This document shows positions 1 through 9,390 of a stretch of DNA of 64,000 nt, piece by piece; within the stretch, counting starts at the first letter, position 1, and every line of letters begins with the position of its first letter. Source of the DNA: a virus (taxonomy: Duplodnaviria; Caudoviricetes); IMG/VR virus record IMGVR_UViG_3300046786_000226, positions 10,822 through 74,821 of that record; one strand, given 5' to 3'. A program made the position numbers and the translations under genes. The notes under the pieces were generated by a model. The model was not told the DNA's origin. It saw only the letters and a list, made by a program, of their open reading frames with translations, and did not search any database.

Positions 1-442
1 GACTTTTCTCTAACATCTTCTCTGCCACAGGAATAGCAACACGTTTAACTTCGCTGTTCAAATAGCTGTCCCAATTACCATCGCCTGAGTGATTGTGAAA
101 TGTAGCCAATTCGTCAACAAATAAACCTTCGTCAACAAAGGCCTTTAACATGGTGTAACTGTCTGCTCCTCCACTCCACCAAAGAACAATGTAATCATAT
201 CGTTCTCTAATTTGTCTAGCACGACGTTGGTATAACTCTTTGATACTTTCGGTGGGTTCTATTTTCCAATTATAGTTTGAAAATTCAATGTCATTAAAGT
301 TCCAATGAACGTTATTTGGTTTGTTTATTCTTCTTGCCGCTTCAATTGCTTCTACTTTGCTGTAGGACTTAAAGTTGTCAACTTGGTAAAATCCAAACTT
401 GTCTTTAGACAAATATGGTTCTGCGATAAGACTAGGATTCAT
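1..442 (-). CDS. PP-loop (adenine nucleotide alpha-hydrolase) family protein, runs off the window edge; absent from the ORF track
   Basis: Manual translation from ATG at 442: MNPSLIAEPYLSKDKFGFYQV...YDYIVLWWSGGADSYTMLKAF...; SGGxDS PP-loop motif; no stop before position 1. Confidence 0.75.
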   Translation of the reverse strand, partial: MNPSLIAEPYLSKDKFGFYQVDNFKSYSKVEAIEAARRINKPNNVHWNFNDIEFSNYNWKIEPTESIKELYQRRARQIRERYDYIVLWWSGGADSYTMLKAFVDEGLFVDELATFHNHSGDGNWDSYLNSEVKRVAIPVAEKMLEKS

Positions 443-494
443 AAATATTATTGGAAGCTATTCGCTTCTATTTATAAAAAGAATCCTAATACAA

Positions 495-1406
495 ATGAAA
501 AAAATAATCGCATTGATAAGTGCAGTAATATTTGCGTCTGCGTCGTTAGCAAGTACAATAGAATTAACAGTACATCACGCACCCGGAGGACCTAGCGATA
601 GTATAACTAGGTTTATTGCTAAAGACATGCCAGATAACTATGTTGTTCAAAACAGGCCAGGAGCACAAGGCAGAATAGCAATGAAGCAAGTGCTCAAAGG
701 CGAAAGCGTTATTGCCGCTACTATGTCACAGATATACGTGACTAACCCAATGAATTTTAAAGACTTGGAATATAATCCAGAAAGAGATTTAGAAATATTG
801 GCAACTGTTGCAGTTATGCCAAATTTACTTGCATGCCGTAAAGGTCTGGGATTTAAAACTATTGATGATTTTTTAAAATACGAAGGCAAGCCGTTAAGTT
901 TTGCAGTTAACGGCTATGGTAGCAATGAACACATCGCCACAGAGTCTTTGTTAACAAAAATAAAGATGAAACACATAATTGTTCCATATGCCTCAGGCGG
1001 TAACAAAGGCGTCATTGATGTATTAGCCGGGAACGTTGACTGTTCATTTGCTAATTTCGCAACGTTAAAAGTATTTGTCAATGATAATAGAATTGATATC
1101 TTATTGAGTAGTCATGACATTGGACTTAAGGCAATTCCAACATGGGAAAAACAATTTAAAGAATCATACCCATACCAAAGTTATATTAGTCTAGTTGTTG
1201 CAAAGTCAATGAACGCCGCAACAAAGAAAAAAATTATCAGTGATCTAAATAAAGTTTTTACAAATAAAACTTTTAAAGAATCTGTATACAACTTGGGATT
1301 GATTCCAGTTGCATCATCTGAGATATGGTCAACTAATGCAGTATTGAAAAGCAACAGATTGCTTGAATATTTTATACTTAACAATAAATTAAATATCAGC
1401 CAATGA
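495..1406 (+). CDS. Bug/TctC-family tripartite tricarboxylate transporter substrate-binding protein
   Basis: Start moved to MKKIIALISAV (signal peptide); HHAPGGPSDSITR, VQNRPGAQGRIA, VPYASGG, DVLAGNVD match Bug/TctC motifs. Confidence 0.85.
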   Translation: MKKIIALISAVIFASASLASTIELTVHHAPGGPSDSITRFIAKDMPDNYVVQNRPGAQGRIAMKQVLKGESVIAATMSQIYVTNPMNFKDLEYNPERDLEILATVAVMPNLLACRKGLGFKTIDDFLKYEGKPLSFAVNGYGSNEHIATESLLTKIKMKHIIVPYASGGNKGVIDVLAGNVDCSFANFATLKVFVNDNRIDILLSSHDIGLKAIPTWEKQFKESYPYQSYISLVVAKSMNAATKKKIISDLNKVFTNKTFKESVYNLGLIPVASSEIWSTNAVLKSNRLLEYFILNNKLNISQ

Positions 1407-2326
1407 AAAAATTTTTATTTGTAATACTAGTGCTATTGAGTAATAGCATTTTTGCAAAAGAAAAAATAGCTATCTTTTTTCCTTATGCACCGAGCGCCAG
1501 CAGTACACCAGCAATGCTTCGAGTAGTAGATGAAGCAAACAAACTCCAAAGTGATTATAATTTTGTCTTAGAGTTTAAACCAGGCGGCAATCAAACACTA
1601 GCATTAAAAGCAATGGACCAGGATCCAAAAAATAGTCTAGCATTGATAGCACCTGCCTATGTTGAAAACTATCGTAGTAAAGTAATAGATCAAAATAACT
1701 ATGTTCCAGTATGGGCTATGGGCGATGCTTGCTGGGCAGTATTCACTAATGTAGGTGACACGGCTCGGGGAATTAAAAGCCTGTCCGGAATAAAAGAATT
1801 AGTAATAGGCGGTGTTGGCTTTGGAAATGCCGCGCATCTAACTGGCATTATGTTAGGAGAGAAATTTAAATTCGATACACGCTATATTGTTTTTAAATCA
1901 AACACAGATGCTTTAGTAAACATGGTAGGAAATAATGGAGTCAGTATGGCCATTGACAAGATCGAAGGTTATTCATCTTTTAAGCCTAAAAATAATGATT
2001 TACAAGTTCTTGCGGTAAGTTGTCCAAATCGGATGTCCGCAATGCCCGAAGTTAAAACACTTAAAGAACAAGGAATCAATGCCCCTACGGTTTTTAACAT
2101 CGTTGTTGCCAATAAATCTATGGATGATTATAAGCGTACAAAACTTCGCGCTATACTTACTTTAGCCGCAGAACGTATGGGTGCAGATGCTTTTATGAAA
2201 CTAAGCGGGATGATCCCCCCGCAATTTAACAAGGTTTCCCATGATGAATTTTATTCAAGAAGTACAGCAATATTTGATAGCTTATTAACTCGCTACGAAA
2301 ACATCATCGAAAATGCTAAGAAATAA
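1403..2326 (+). CDS. Bug/TctC-family substrate-binding protein (divergent paralog)
   Basis: Signal peptide MKKFLFVILVLL; EFKPGGNQTLA, GGVGFGNAAHL, PEVKTLKEQG; ATGA overlap with the upstream paralog. Confidence 0.8.
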   Translation: MKKFLFVILVLLSNSIFAKEKIAIFFPYAPSASSTPAMLRVVDEANKLQSDYNFVLEFKPGGNQTLALKAMDQDPKNSLALIAPAYVENYRSKVIDQNNYVPVWAMGDACWAVFTNVGDTARGIKSLSGIKELVIGGVGFGNAAHLTGIMLGEKFKFDTRYIVFKSNTDALVNMVGNNGVSMAIDKIEGYSSFKPKNNDLQVLAVSCPNRMSAMPEVKTLKEQGINAPTVFNIVVANKSMDDYKRTKLRAILTLAAERMGADAFMKLSGMIPPQFNKVSHDEFYSRSTAIFDSLLTRYENIIENAKK

Positions 2327-2367
2327 ATTTAAAGATAAATAAAGTAAACGAATTCTAGGAGATAATC

Positions 2368-2730
2368 GTGTATAAACAAACATTCACTACAGTTAGACCA
2401 AATACAGACGTACCATTCTTTATTAATACGCCATTGGGTCAAGAGTACGAAAAACTTGCAGTCGAAGCTAGGGATGCTCTTCCTACAAGCGACCCAACGC
2501 TTGGTGTAGATCAAGAAAATGCACTAATTGGATTTAATAGAGTGGAAAGTCCAGATGGATTAACATTGACAACTACTTTTCTTTATGTGTCAAGCACCGG
2601 CAAAGATCAGTTTAAAACTGATTTAGATGCCCGCGCTCTTGCAAAAAATATGGAACTAATGCAAACAGTTCGTAACGCATATAATGATGCTAATAATCAC
2701 AGTTCAACCGTAGAATTTGAAATTATTTAA
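2368..2730 (+). CDS. hypothetical protein
   Basis: 120 aa ORF, GTG start with AGGAG RBS and upstream TAAATA. Confidence 0.7.
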   Translation: MYKQTFTTVRPNTDVPFFINTPLGQEYEKLAVEARDALPTSDPTLGVDQENALIGFNRVESPDGLTLTTTFLYVSSTGKDQFKTDLDARALAKNMELMQTVRNAYNDANNHSSTVEFEII

Positions 2731-2731
2731 T

Positions 2732-3073
2732 TTACTCTTTATTCGCCCAAAGATTTATATCTCCTGCGTATAGCGTAAATTCAAAGGCGTCTAGTTCACT
2801 AAACAGTATAAGCTTTTTCTTACTTAGATAGTAGGGCCATTCCATCCTACTATCTAACATTAGTAGAGTTTTATTTAGAATCTTATAATCCTGCGGAATC
2901 TTAACAGTATAAGTTTCCCATAAAAAACTGGCTAGGTCGAAACCTAAGCCAGTAAATCTTGTACCCTTGCTATTTTTAAAAATTTGAAAAAAGTCTAATG
3001 GTTTATCAACGGATTTTTGTATCTCGTTTAAAACCAGTTTACTTATCTGCTCTTTTGATAAGGTCATATTCAT
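2732..3073 (-). CDS. hypothetical phage protein
   Basis: 113 aa ORF in the minus-strand run. Confidence 0.7.
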   Translation of the reverse strand: MNMTLSKEQISKLVLNEIQKSVDKPLDFFQIFKNSKGTRFTGLGFDLASFLWETYTVKIPQDYKILNKTLLMLDSRMEWPYYLSKKKLILFSELDAFEFTLYAGDINLWANKE

Positions 3074-3356
3074 TGACCTGTGTACCTTGTATAAGTTCTA
3101 CTACAGTAAAATCATTACATTTAAAAAGTTTATTCATCTTTTCCATTAAATTAAATGCATGTCCTGAATTACTGAAACTTACTTTTTTGTATTTTGGTCC
3201 TGGATAATCTTGTAAACTGTTTAAGTGTGTTCTAAGATTAAAAGGTTTACCTTGATAAAAAACAGCATAGATGGCTTCGGCTTCTAGAATCTCTTCGCTT
3301 TTGTAACTGCTGGGGTCTGTATATGTTAAAAGTATAGTAGGTTTCGGTCTAGCCAT
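3039..3356 (-). CDS. hypothetical phage protein
   Basis: 105 aa ORF with GGAG RBS, upstream TAAATA. Confidence 0.75.
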   Translation of the reverse strand: MARPKPTILLTYTDPSSYKSEEILEAEAIYAVFYQGKPFNLRTHLNSLQDYPGPKYKKVSFSNSGHAFNLMEKMNKLFKCNDFTVVELIQGTQVNEYDLIKRADK

Positions 3357-3405
3357 TTGTGTTTCTCCTACTTTTATTTATCAGAAAAACACATTAAATG
3401 CTAAC

Positions 3406-3870
3406 TTAATCTTCCAAAACTGCTTCCTTTTGTTGTCCCAAAACTACTTTAAGATCCATTTTAGTCTTATAAGGACCTACAAATATGTTAGTTTTAATAG
3501 TGCTAAAACGAGGACACAAGCTAGCTACCCAGCCATTTTTAAACTTTAAACCATACCAACCAGCTACATGAGTACTTTTACTAGCGGCCTTCTTAGTAAA
3601 TGTAGGAAATCCTTCGATTTCTTTGACGTTAAAAACTTCTTCTTGGTCAGTGGGAAAGCCCATTACTTCAATGTTGCCGCCCTGTGTTAAATCACGAACA
3701 ACAAATTCAATACCTAAGTTTTTAAGATCATTAGCATCATGTGCTACGAAATCTTTACGTTTAAGATTGATAGTATAATTGTCATCCTTAAAGTTCATCA
3801 TGCCAACACGCTTGGCATTTTCCTCTAGAATCCAAAACTTATCTTTAATAATACTTTTAGCCAAAATCAT
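3406..3870 (-). CDS. hypothetical phage protein
   Basis: 154 aa ORF coupled to the upstream nuclease gene. Confidence 0.7.
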   Translation of the reverse strand: MILAKSIIKDKFWILEENAKRVGMMNFKDDNYTINLKRKDFVAHDANDLKNLGIEFVVRDLTQGGNIEVMGFPTDQEEVFNVKEIEGFPTFTKKAASKSTHVAGWYGLKFKNGWVASLCPRFSTIKTNIFVGPYKTKMDLKVVLGQQKEAVLED

Positions 3871-4856
3871 TTATATGTTGCTCCGAGATACTCGCCATGT
3901 TCCGCCATTCTGTCTGCGATATTGACAAGGTTCCATTTACCGCAAAATTTAACAAAATGCATTCCTACTTGTTTAACAGGAGCCTTTCCTGCTACAGTGG
4001 CAATTGTTTCATCTAACGCTAGTTTAATATCTTCTGGCTGTTCTGTCAAGTCAATTAGTTGTTTATTGAACAAGTACTTGTCACGAACTCTGTGCTCGAC
4101 ACCTTCGTGGTCAACCCAACGCTGAAGCATGAGATTGTTCCAATTATAGCCCTTGGTATCTCTGTCAGCGAAAGCTTCGCGAAGACCAACTTTATTCTTT
4201 GTACCTTTTTCACGTACACCTGGATAAGCAGAGAAGACATTGTCGGATGTATCGCCTCGCATACATTTCTCGAACAACAACCATTGTGGATCAGGAGGGG
4301 CAAGATCTTCTTTAGTTTTCTTATCCTTAACTCGCTTGCCCTTTTCATCAAAAATACCGTCAACTGTAATTAATTGTTTAGTAATGCCATTGAACTGTTT
4401 AACATTCGGTGCCAGCAATTGATAAAAGTCGCTGTCACTGCTTACAATAATATGAGTATCGTCTGGATGTACTTGTGTCCAACGAGCAATGAAGTCATCA
4501 GCTTCGCAACGTTCATGTCTAAGTACGGTACAGTTACTTTTAGCTTCAAAGAACTCTTTGAGTTCATCAAAGGCTTTCCAAAACATTTGGTCTTCTTCTT
4601 GTTCTTTTGGACTCAATGCAGCACGAGCATCACTGCGGTTACGTTTATAGCCTTCGTAGACATCTTTGCGCCAGCTTCGACCTTCTAAACAAATAACGAC
4701 GTGACTGCCTTTAAAATCACGCCATACTTTGTTAATACTGTTAAACATAATATGGTAAGCCATACCAGCTTTTGTTTCAGCATCTTCTCCACGCACAACA
4801 TGTCGTGCTCTGAAGAACATATTAGCGGCATCTACGAGTAAGTAAGTTTTATTCAT
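3867..4856 (-). CDS. 5'-3' exonuclease / T4 RNase H-like flap endonuclease
   Basis: Start moved to MNKTYLLVDAANMFFR; acidic motifs LVDAAN, EADDFIA, SSDSDFYQL, GDTSDNV of the FEN/RNase H family. Confidence 0.9.
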   Translation of the reverse strand: MNKTYLLVDAANMFFRARHVVRGEDAETKAGMAYHIMFNSINKVWRDFKGSHVVICLEGRSWRKDVYEGYKRNRSDARAALSPKEQEEDQMFWKAFDELKEFFEAKSNCTVLRHERCEADDFIARWTQVHPDDTHIIVSSDSDFYQLLAPNVKQFNGITKQLITVDGIFDEKGKRVKDKKTKEDLAPPDPQWLLFEKCMRGDTSDNVFSAYPGVREKGTKNKVGLREAFADRDTKGYNWNNLMLQRWVDHEGVEHRVRDKYLFNKQLIDLTEQPEDIKLALDETIATVAGKAPVKQVGMHFVKFCGKWNLVNIADRMAEHGEYLGATYK

Positions 4857-5058
4857 TAAAATAAGATTCAATAATTTTCTGATCAAGTTGTTCTTTGAAA
4901 GCTAGATTAAACTCTTGCATAAGACTCATAAACTCTGCGTATTCTCTAGCTGTCATTAAGAACTCGTTCCAATTATCTTCTTCTTGTTTTTTGAGTCCAA
5001 CAACAATATGGTCGTCGCCAACCCAATTAACCTTAAAAGTTAAATTTTTAGAAGACAT
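4849..5058 (-). CDS. hypothetical protein
   Basis: 69 aa ORF in the operon-like run. Confidence 0.6.
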   Translation of the reverse strand: MSSKNLTFKVNWVGDDHIVVGLKKQEEDNWNEFLMTAREYAEFMSLMQEFNLAFKEQLDQKIIESYFNE

Positions 5059-5073
5059 GCTATTGTACCTTAA

Positions 5074-5403
5074 TTAAGACTTCTTGTCAACTTTTTTACG
5101 CTTTTTTGGTAAAATGTCAGCATCTGCTACAAATTTGGATTCTTCGTCCATTTGTTGCCCAATATTTTTACACAAATCGGTAAACCATTTGTCGACGATT
5201 TCTTCTTCATTATTACCTTGATAATTGTGTTCTTTAAGGAATGTAATAAAAGCAGGGTTCCATTCCAACTCCATAAAGCCTTGTCGAGGATTGTTTTCGT
5301 CAAAGTCCGTGTTGACTACACGAACTTGAGGTTCCTTACTTTCTTTCCAATTCTTGCCTGGTTCTTCTTTTTTGGCAAATAGATTTTTTAGTTTGTTTAG
5401 CAT
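5074..5403 (-). CDS. hypothetical phage protein
   Basis: Start moved to MLNKLKNLF, which overlaps the metK stop (TAATG). Confidence 0.7.
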   Translation of the reverse strand: MLNKLKNLFAKKEEPGKNWKESKEPQVRVVNTDFDENNPRQGFMELEWNPAFITFLKEHNYQGNNEEEIVDKWFTDLCKNIGQQMDEESKFVADADILPKKRKKVDKKS

Positions 5404-6503
5404 TAGAATAAATCCACTTCTTCCCATGGCAAATATGATTTACCAAAATGTCCGTAATTTGTTGTCAAGCTATAAATGGGACGGAACAAGTTGAAACGAT
5501 CAATGATGCCTTTTGGTGTCAAGTCGACATTATCTTGTACCCACTTGGTTAAATCTCTACTCTGTTTAGTATCGGCAGTTTCGATATAAAAACTCATTGG
5601 TTGTTCTAGACCAATAGCATAACTAATTTGACAAGTAGCCCATGGCGCTTGCCCACTTGCTACGATGTTCTTAGCAATGTAACGCATCATGTACGCGGCA
5701 GACCTATCAACTTTCGTAGGATCTTTACCACTAAACGCACCACCACCATGGGGACTATAACCACCATAAGTATCAACAATGATTTTTCTTCCGGTGAGTC
5801 CAGTGTCACCATCAGGACCGCCAATGACAAAACGACCAGTAGGATTGATAAAAAATTTAGTGTTGTCATCTAAGTATTTCCCGGGCAATATATTTCTAAT
5901 AAAGCCGCCTACTATTTTACGAACAGATTCGATGTCTGTATCTTCGCTATGTTGTGTACTACAAACCACTTTAGCAACACGTTTAGGAGTACCGTCATCG
6001 TTGTATTCAAATGTAACTTGACTCTTGGCATCTGGGCCTAAGAATTTCAGCAAACCATTCTTACGTGCTTCAGTTAGTCCTTCAACAATACGATGACTCC
6101 AATAAATTGCGCTAGGCATATATGTAGAAGTTTCATTACAAGCATAACCAAACATTAGGCCTTGGTCGCCGGCACCAAAGTTATCTGTGCCTAGTGCAAT
6201 GTCGGCACTTTGTCCATGTAGCAAGTTAGTAATTTCAACTGTGCGCCAATCAAATCCGCTTTGTTCATAGCCGACATCTTTAATGACTTTACGAATAGCA
6301 ACTTCGACTTCTTCGTTATGTAAAATGCCTTTGTATTCTCCAGCTACTACAACACGATTGGTAGTAACTAATGTTTCACAGGCACAACGAAGTGCTGGAT
6401 TTTGTTGCGACATAACTAAGTCTAAAACAGCATCACTGATAGCATCAGCAATTTTATCTGGGTGTCCTTCTGACACGCTTTCGCTAGTAAACAAATAACT
6501 CAT
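5403..6503 (-). CDS. metK: S-adenosylmethionine synthetase
   Basis: FTSESVSEGHPDK, GAGDQGLMFGYA, GGPDGDTGLTGRKIIVDTYGG, HGGGAFSGKDPTKVDRS signature motifs. Confidence 0.98.
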   Translation of the reverse strand: MSYLFTSESVSEGHPDKIADAISDAVLDLVMSQQNPALRCACETLVTTNRVVVAGEYKGILHNEEVEVAIRKVIKDVGYEQSGFDWRTVEITNLLHGQSADIALGTDNFGAGDQGLMFGYACNETSTYMPSAIYWSHRIVEGLTEARKNGLLKFLGPDAKSQVTFEYNDDGTPKRVAKVVCSTQHSEDTDIESVRKIVGGFIRNILPGKYLDDNTKFFINPTGRFVIGGPDGDTGLTGRKIIVDTYGGYSPHGGGAFSGKDPTKVDRSAAYMMRYIAKNIVASGQAPWATCQISYAIGLEQPMSFYIETADTKQSRDLTKWVQDNVDLTPKGIIDRFNLFRPIYSLTTNYGHFGKSYLPWEEVDLF

Positions 6504-6841
6504 TCTTTTCCTTGTAATTCTTCTATTACAGTTGTAATAGTATTAGCGACATTCAATGCCGCTTGTTTGCCTAAGATCAGTGAATGTTGATCTTCTCTAT
6601 AACCATGTATTAAAATATCCCAAGCGGCTTTAATACGACTAAAGCCTGGTTTCCACAATGGCGTGGTAGTATTTACATAAAAAGTCATTTCAATGTCTTG
6701 CGTATCTTTATCACCATTTAGTTCAATCCACATATGAACTTGGTGATCTCCGTCATGACAATCGCAGGCAATGGTATACGCTTTGCTTTTACCGTAATCT
6801 GCGTCAAACATTATACCTGCCGCAGGTGTTTGTGCTTTCAT
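6500..6841 (-). CDS. hypothetical protein
   Basis: ORF with probable start MKAQTP overlapping the queE stop; CDC...H motif. Confidence 0.65.
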   Translation of the reverse strand: MKAQTPAAGIMFDADYGKSKAYTIACDCHDGDHQVHMWIELNGDKDTQDIEMTFYVNTTTPLWKPGFSRIKAAWDILIHGYREDQHSLILGKQAALNVANTITTVIEELQGKE

Positions 6842-7701
6842 TACTTGCCCCATCCATTACTCCAGATGTCAACGTGTAGTCTAGGACTATAACGATAACC
6901 TTTTTCTAAGGCAATGTCAGCAATGTGTTTACTGTTAGCAAAGTAAGCCGCATCTGTACCGCCTACAGGCATAACAAATACTGGGCCTTTGAAGCCTGCT
7001 TCACGATACTCTGCAGTAGCGGCATCTACTTCTTTAAAGTCTTCTAGAGTATCAACTACAAACTTCAAATAAGTAAAACCACGTGTTTGATATTCTACAA
7101 CTACTTCGGGACAGATAGCATCCTTCCACAGTTCGCCACTGGCACTTAGCTTAGGACTAACGCTAAATGTAATTTGATCTTTGCGTAGATGATAGTCGTT
7201 CATTAAGAATCTTTTAAAATCCTCATGCAAGTGTTGAGTGCCGTTTGTCTCGAAAGTTAAGTTTTCGAGATCGCGCATCTTGTTTTCACTTAGCAAATCT
7301 GGATACAGTTGTTGCCAACCCAGCAAAGGTTCACCGCCAGTAATAACAAGATGAACGTCGTTGCCATTGTCTTGTTTCCAAGCATGATTGGGGGTTAACT
7401 CGAGCATCTTATCAATAGCTTCGTCGATACTGTAATACGGACTTAGGTGTTTAAATGCAGGATGCCATGACGCATAACTGTCACAGCCTGTTTGTGCCAA
7501 TGGCAAATCCATAAAAGTTGGATATAGATTAACAACTTGAGCAATGTCATCTGGCTCTGTAGTTTTCAAGCCTCGCTCTAGGCCAAAGCCCGGGCATTTG
7601 AAGTTACAACCAAATGTTCTAAAAAATACTGAAGGTACGCCAATAAAGCGACCTTCGCCTTGTGCGCTATAAAAGATTTCACTTACTTTAATTTTATCCA
7701 T
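6841..7701 (-). CDS. queE: 7-carboxy-7-deazaguanine synthase (radical SAM)
   Basis: SEIFYSAQGEG...FFRTFGCNFKC...CDS, VITGGEPLL, FETNGT, SVSPKL, PRLHVDIW typical of QueE. Confidence 0.9.
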   Translation of the reverse strand: MDKIKVSEIFYSAQGEGRFIGVPSVFFRTFGCNFKCPGFGLERGLKTTEPDDIAQVVNLYPTFMDLPLAQTGCDSYASWHPAFKHLSPYYSIDEAIDKMLELTPNHAWKQDNGNDVHLVITGGEPLLGWQQLYPDLLSENKMRDLENLTFETNGTQHLHEDFKRFLMNDYHLRKDQITFSVSPKLSASGELWKDAICPEVVVEYQTRGFTYLKFVVDTLEDFKEVDAATAEYREAGFKGPVFVMPVGGTDAAYFANSKHIADIALEKGYRYSPRLHVDIWSNGWGK

Positions 7702-7930
7702 GTCTTATTCCTGCGTTAGATACTGTTACTTTGTTGCCATATTTTAACTTAATAAGGCACTCAGTGTCAATGTCAATGTTACCTTCTATAGCATACCAAT
7801 CTTCTTCATCTGGAGATGTATATTTGTCATACAATGATCTAATTTTAAGTTCAGGGTAGTTATCAGACAACCAATATTCTAGTTGCTTGAATTCCCAAAA
7901 GTTTAAAAATAATTTCATCTGTGATAGCAT
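7694..7930 (-). CDS. hypothetical protein
   Basis: 78 aa ORF between coupled genes. Confidence 0.55.
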   Translation of the reverse strand: MLSQMKLFLNFWEFKQLEYWLSDNYPELKIRSLYDKYTSPDEEDWYAIEGNIDIDTECLIKLKYGNKVTVSNAGIRHG

Positions 7931-7931
7931 G

Positions 7932-8246
7932 TTACTTTGTTTTGCTTTTCTTTGATGCCGTAATCATTGCGGCTTCTTTCTTTTTCTTTTGAGTAAGAAC
8001 TTTTGCTTTTACATTTGGTTTCATATCAGCGGGAATATTACTTTCTGCTTTTAGTATAGCATTTCTTACATCCGCCATCAAAGCTTCATCGTCCCATTCC
8101 AATTTAATTGGATAATTATTAGCATCATACGTAATAGTAAGATGACTACCTTTAACTACCGTAGTTTCTGGTAATATAATTTTAGCACTACCAATAGTAC
8201 CTGGCATTTCTAGTGTAATGCTATCTTTTTTCTTTTTTGTTGCCAT
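7932..8246 (-). CDS. hypothetical protein, Lys-rich termini
   Basis: 104 aa ORF with GGAGG RBS. Confidence 0.65.
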   Translation of the reverse strand: MATKKKKDSITLEMPGTIGSAKIILPETTVVKGSHLTITYDANNYPIKLEWDDEALMADVRNAILKAESNIPADMKPNVKAKVLTQKKKKEAAMITASKKSKTK

Positions 8247-8247
8247 A

Positions 8248-8763
8248 TCAGCCTCCTTGTTCGCTGTCTTTGGGGAATGTTGTACTAAACGGCCATGATG
8301 TATTAGGATCGGGGCGTGATTTTAGTTTAACGTTTTCTTCAATTACTTCGCCAGTAAGCTCGTCGCACAAGCTTACTTGAAATGGTCCATATACAAGAAC
8401 AACACAGTCTTCTTCTAGCCAATTGTGCTCACCATCATAAAGCCAGCCCGCACCACCTTCATAGTATGCGTCTTTAATAGTTTGTTGTTCTTCTTCAGAT
8501 AAGTCGTCACTGAATTCAAATTCAATACTAACGCTGTCATCAAACTCACAGCCCCAACCTACATCTGCTTTAGTGTATGCTATTCGATCATCTTCCCATG
8601 GAAGATTACAATCCATGTCTTCTTCAATGAAGCCTTGCCCCCAGCGATATGTTTCGTCGATGTTAAACCAACTGACAGAGCCATCATCGTTGTTGCGAAA
8701 CATTTCTACGTGGTAAACAATGCTTTTCTTTTCCAATGGTTTAATTAAATATACGTTAGACAT
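8248..8763 (-). CDS. hypothetical acidic phage protein
   Basis: Start moved to MSNVYLIKP (AGGAG RBS upstream). Confidence 0.7.
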   Translation of the reverse strand: MSNVYLIKPLEKKSIVYHVEMFRNNDDGSVSWFNIDETYRWGQGFIEEDMDCNLPWEDDRIAYTKADVGWGCEFDDSVSIEFEFSDDLSEEEQQTIKDAYYEGGAGWLYDGEHNWLEEDCVVLVYGPFQVSLCDELTGEVIEENVKLKSRPDPNTSWPFSTTFPKDSEQGG

Positions 8764-8765
8764 TA

Positions 8766-9194
8766 TCATTCTCCTTTGAGTTTGTTCATCATCCAAGTAT
8801 GTGCCGCATCTTGTATATACGGATATTTAGATGCTAATTCCTGATCTTTGCTCATATCCATGATTAACTGTTTCATAACTTTAATAACAGATACCCAATC
8901 TTCTGCGGTAATAGTTCCTGCTTTAGTTGTTATATCACCATTGTGGTGAAATGTAATAGTGGGTTCAGGAGTGCCAATTTGAATAGCACTTGGCTGTGTG
9001 TTAATACCCTGACTCATCCAACTAGTACCATTCATACCATTGGCAGTTAGAACCTGCCCATTGGCTCCTTGGGCACCAGCTGCCATAATTGCTTTACCAT
9101 AAGGAGTTAATCCGGGAACATTTGGTACAGCACCGTAACCTGGCAATGAAGCGGGGTTAGCATTTTGTGCAGTATTTGGATTAGAGGTAGCCAT
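8766..9194 (-). CDS. hypothetical protein
   Basis: 142 aa ORF, low-complexity N-terminus. Confidence 0.65.
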   Translation of the reverse strand: MATSNPNTAQNANPASLPGYGAVPNVPGLTPYGKAIMAAGAQGANGQVLTANGMNGTSWMSQGINTQPSAIQIGTPEPTITFHHNGDITTKAGTITAEDWVSVIKVMKQLIMDMSKDQELASKYPYIQDAAHTWMMNKLKGE

Positions 9195-9390
9195 TATGCT
9201 CTTCTACTTTCCAAAGATTGATACTTTGGTTTATTGTGTTGTCTCTTGTAGAATAGTTAGGATCGTTTTTTGCTACATAGGCAATTCTAACTTCTACATT
9301 TAGATTTTGTAGCTCTAACATAATATCATTTACTTTAGCTACAAGATCTTTAAGAGCATCGACTTTAGATACTATTACAGGGTCTTTCAT
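9181..9390 (-). CDS. hypothetical protein
   Basis: 69 aa ORF overlapping the folE stop. Confidence 0.6.
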   Translation of the reverse strand: MKDPVIVSKVDALKDLVAKVNDIMLELQNLNVEVRIAYVAKNDPNYSTRDNTINQSINLWKVEEHNGYL

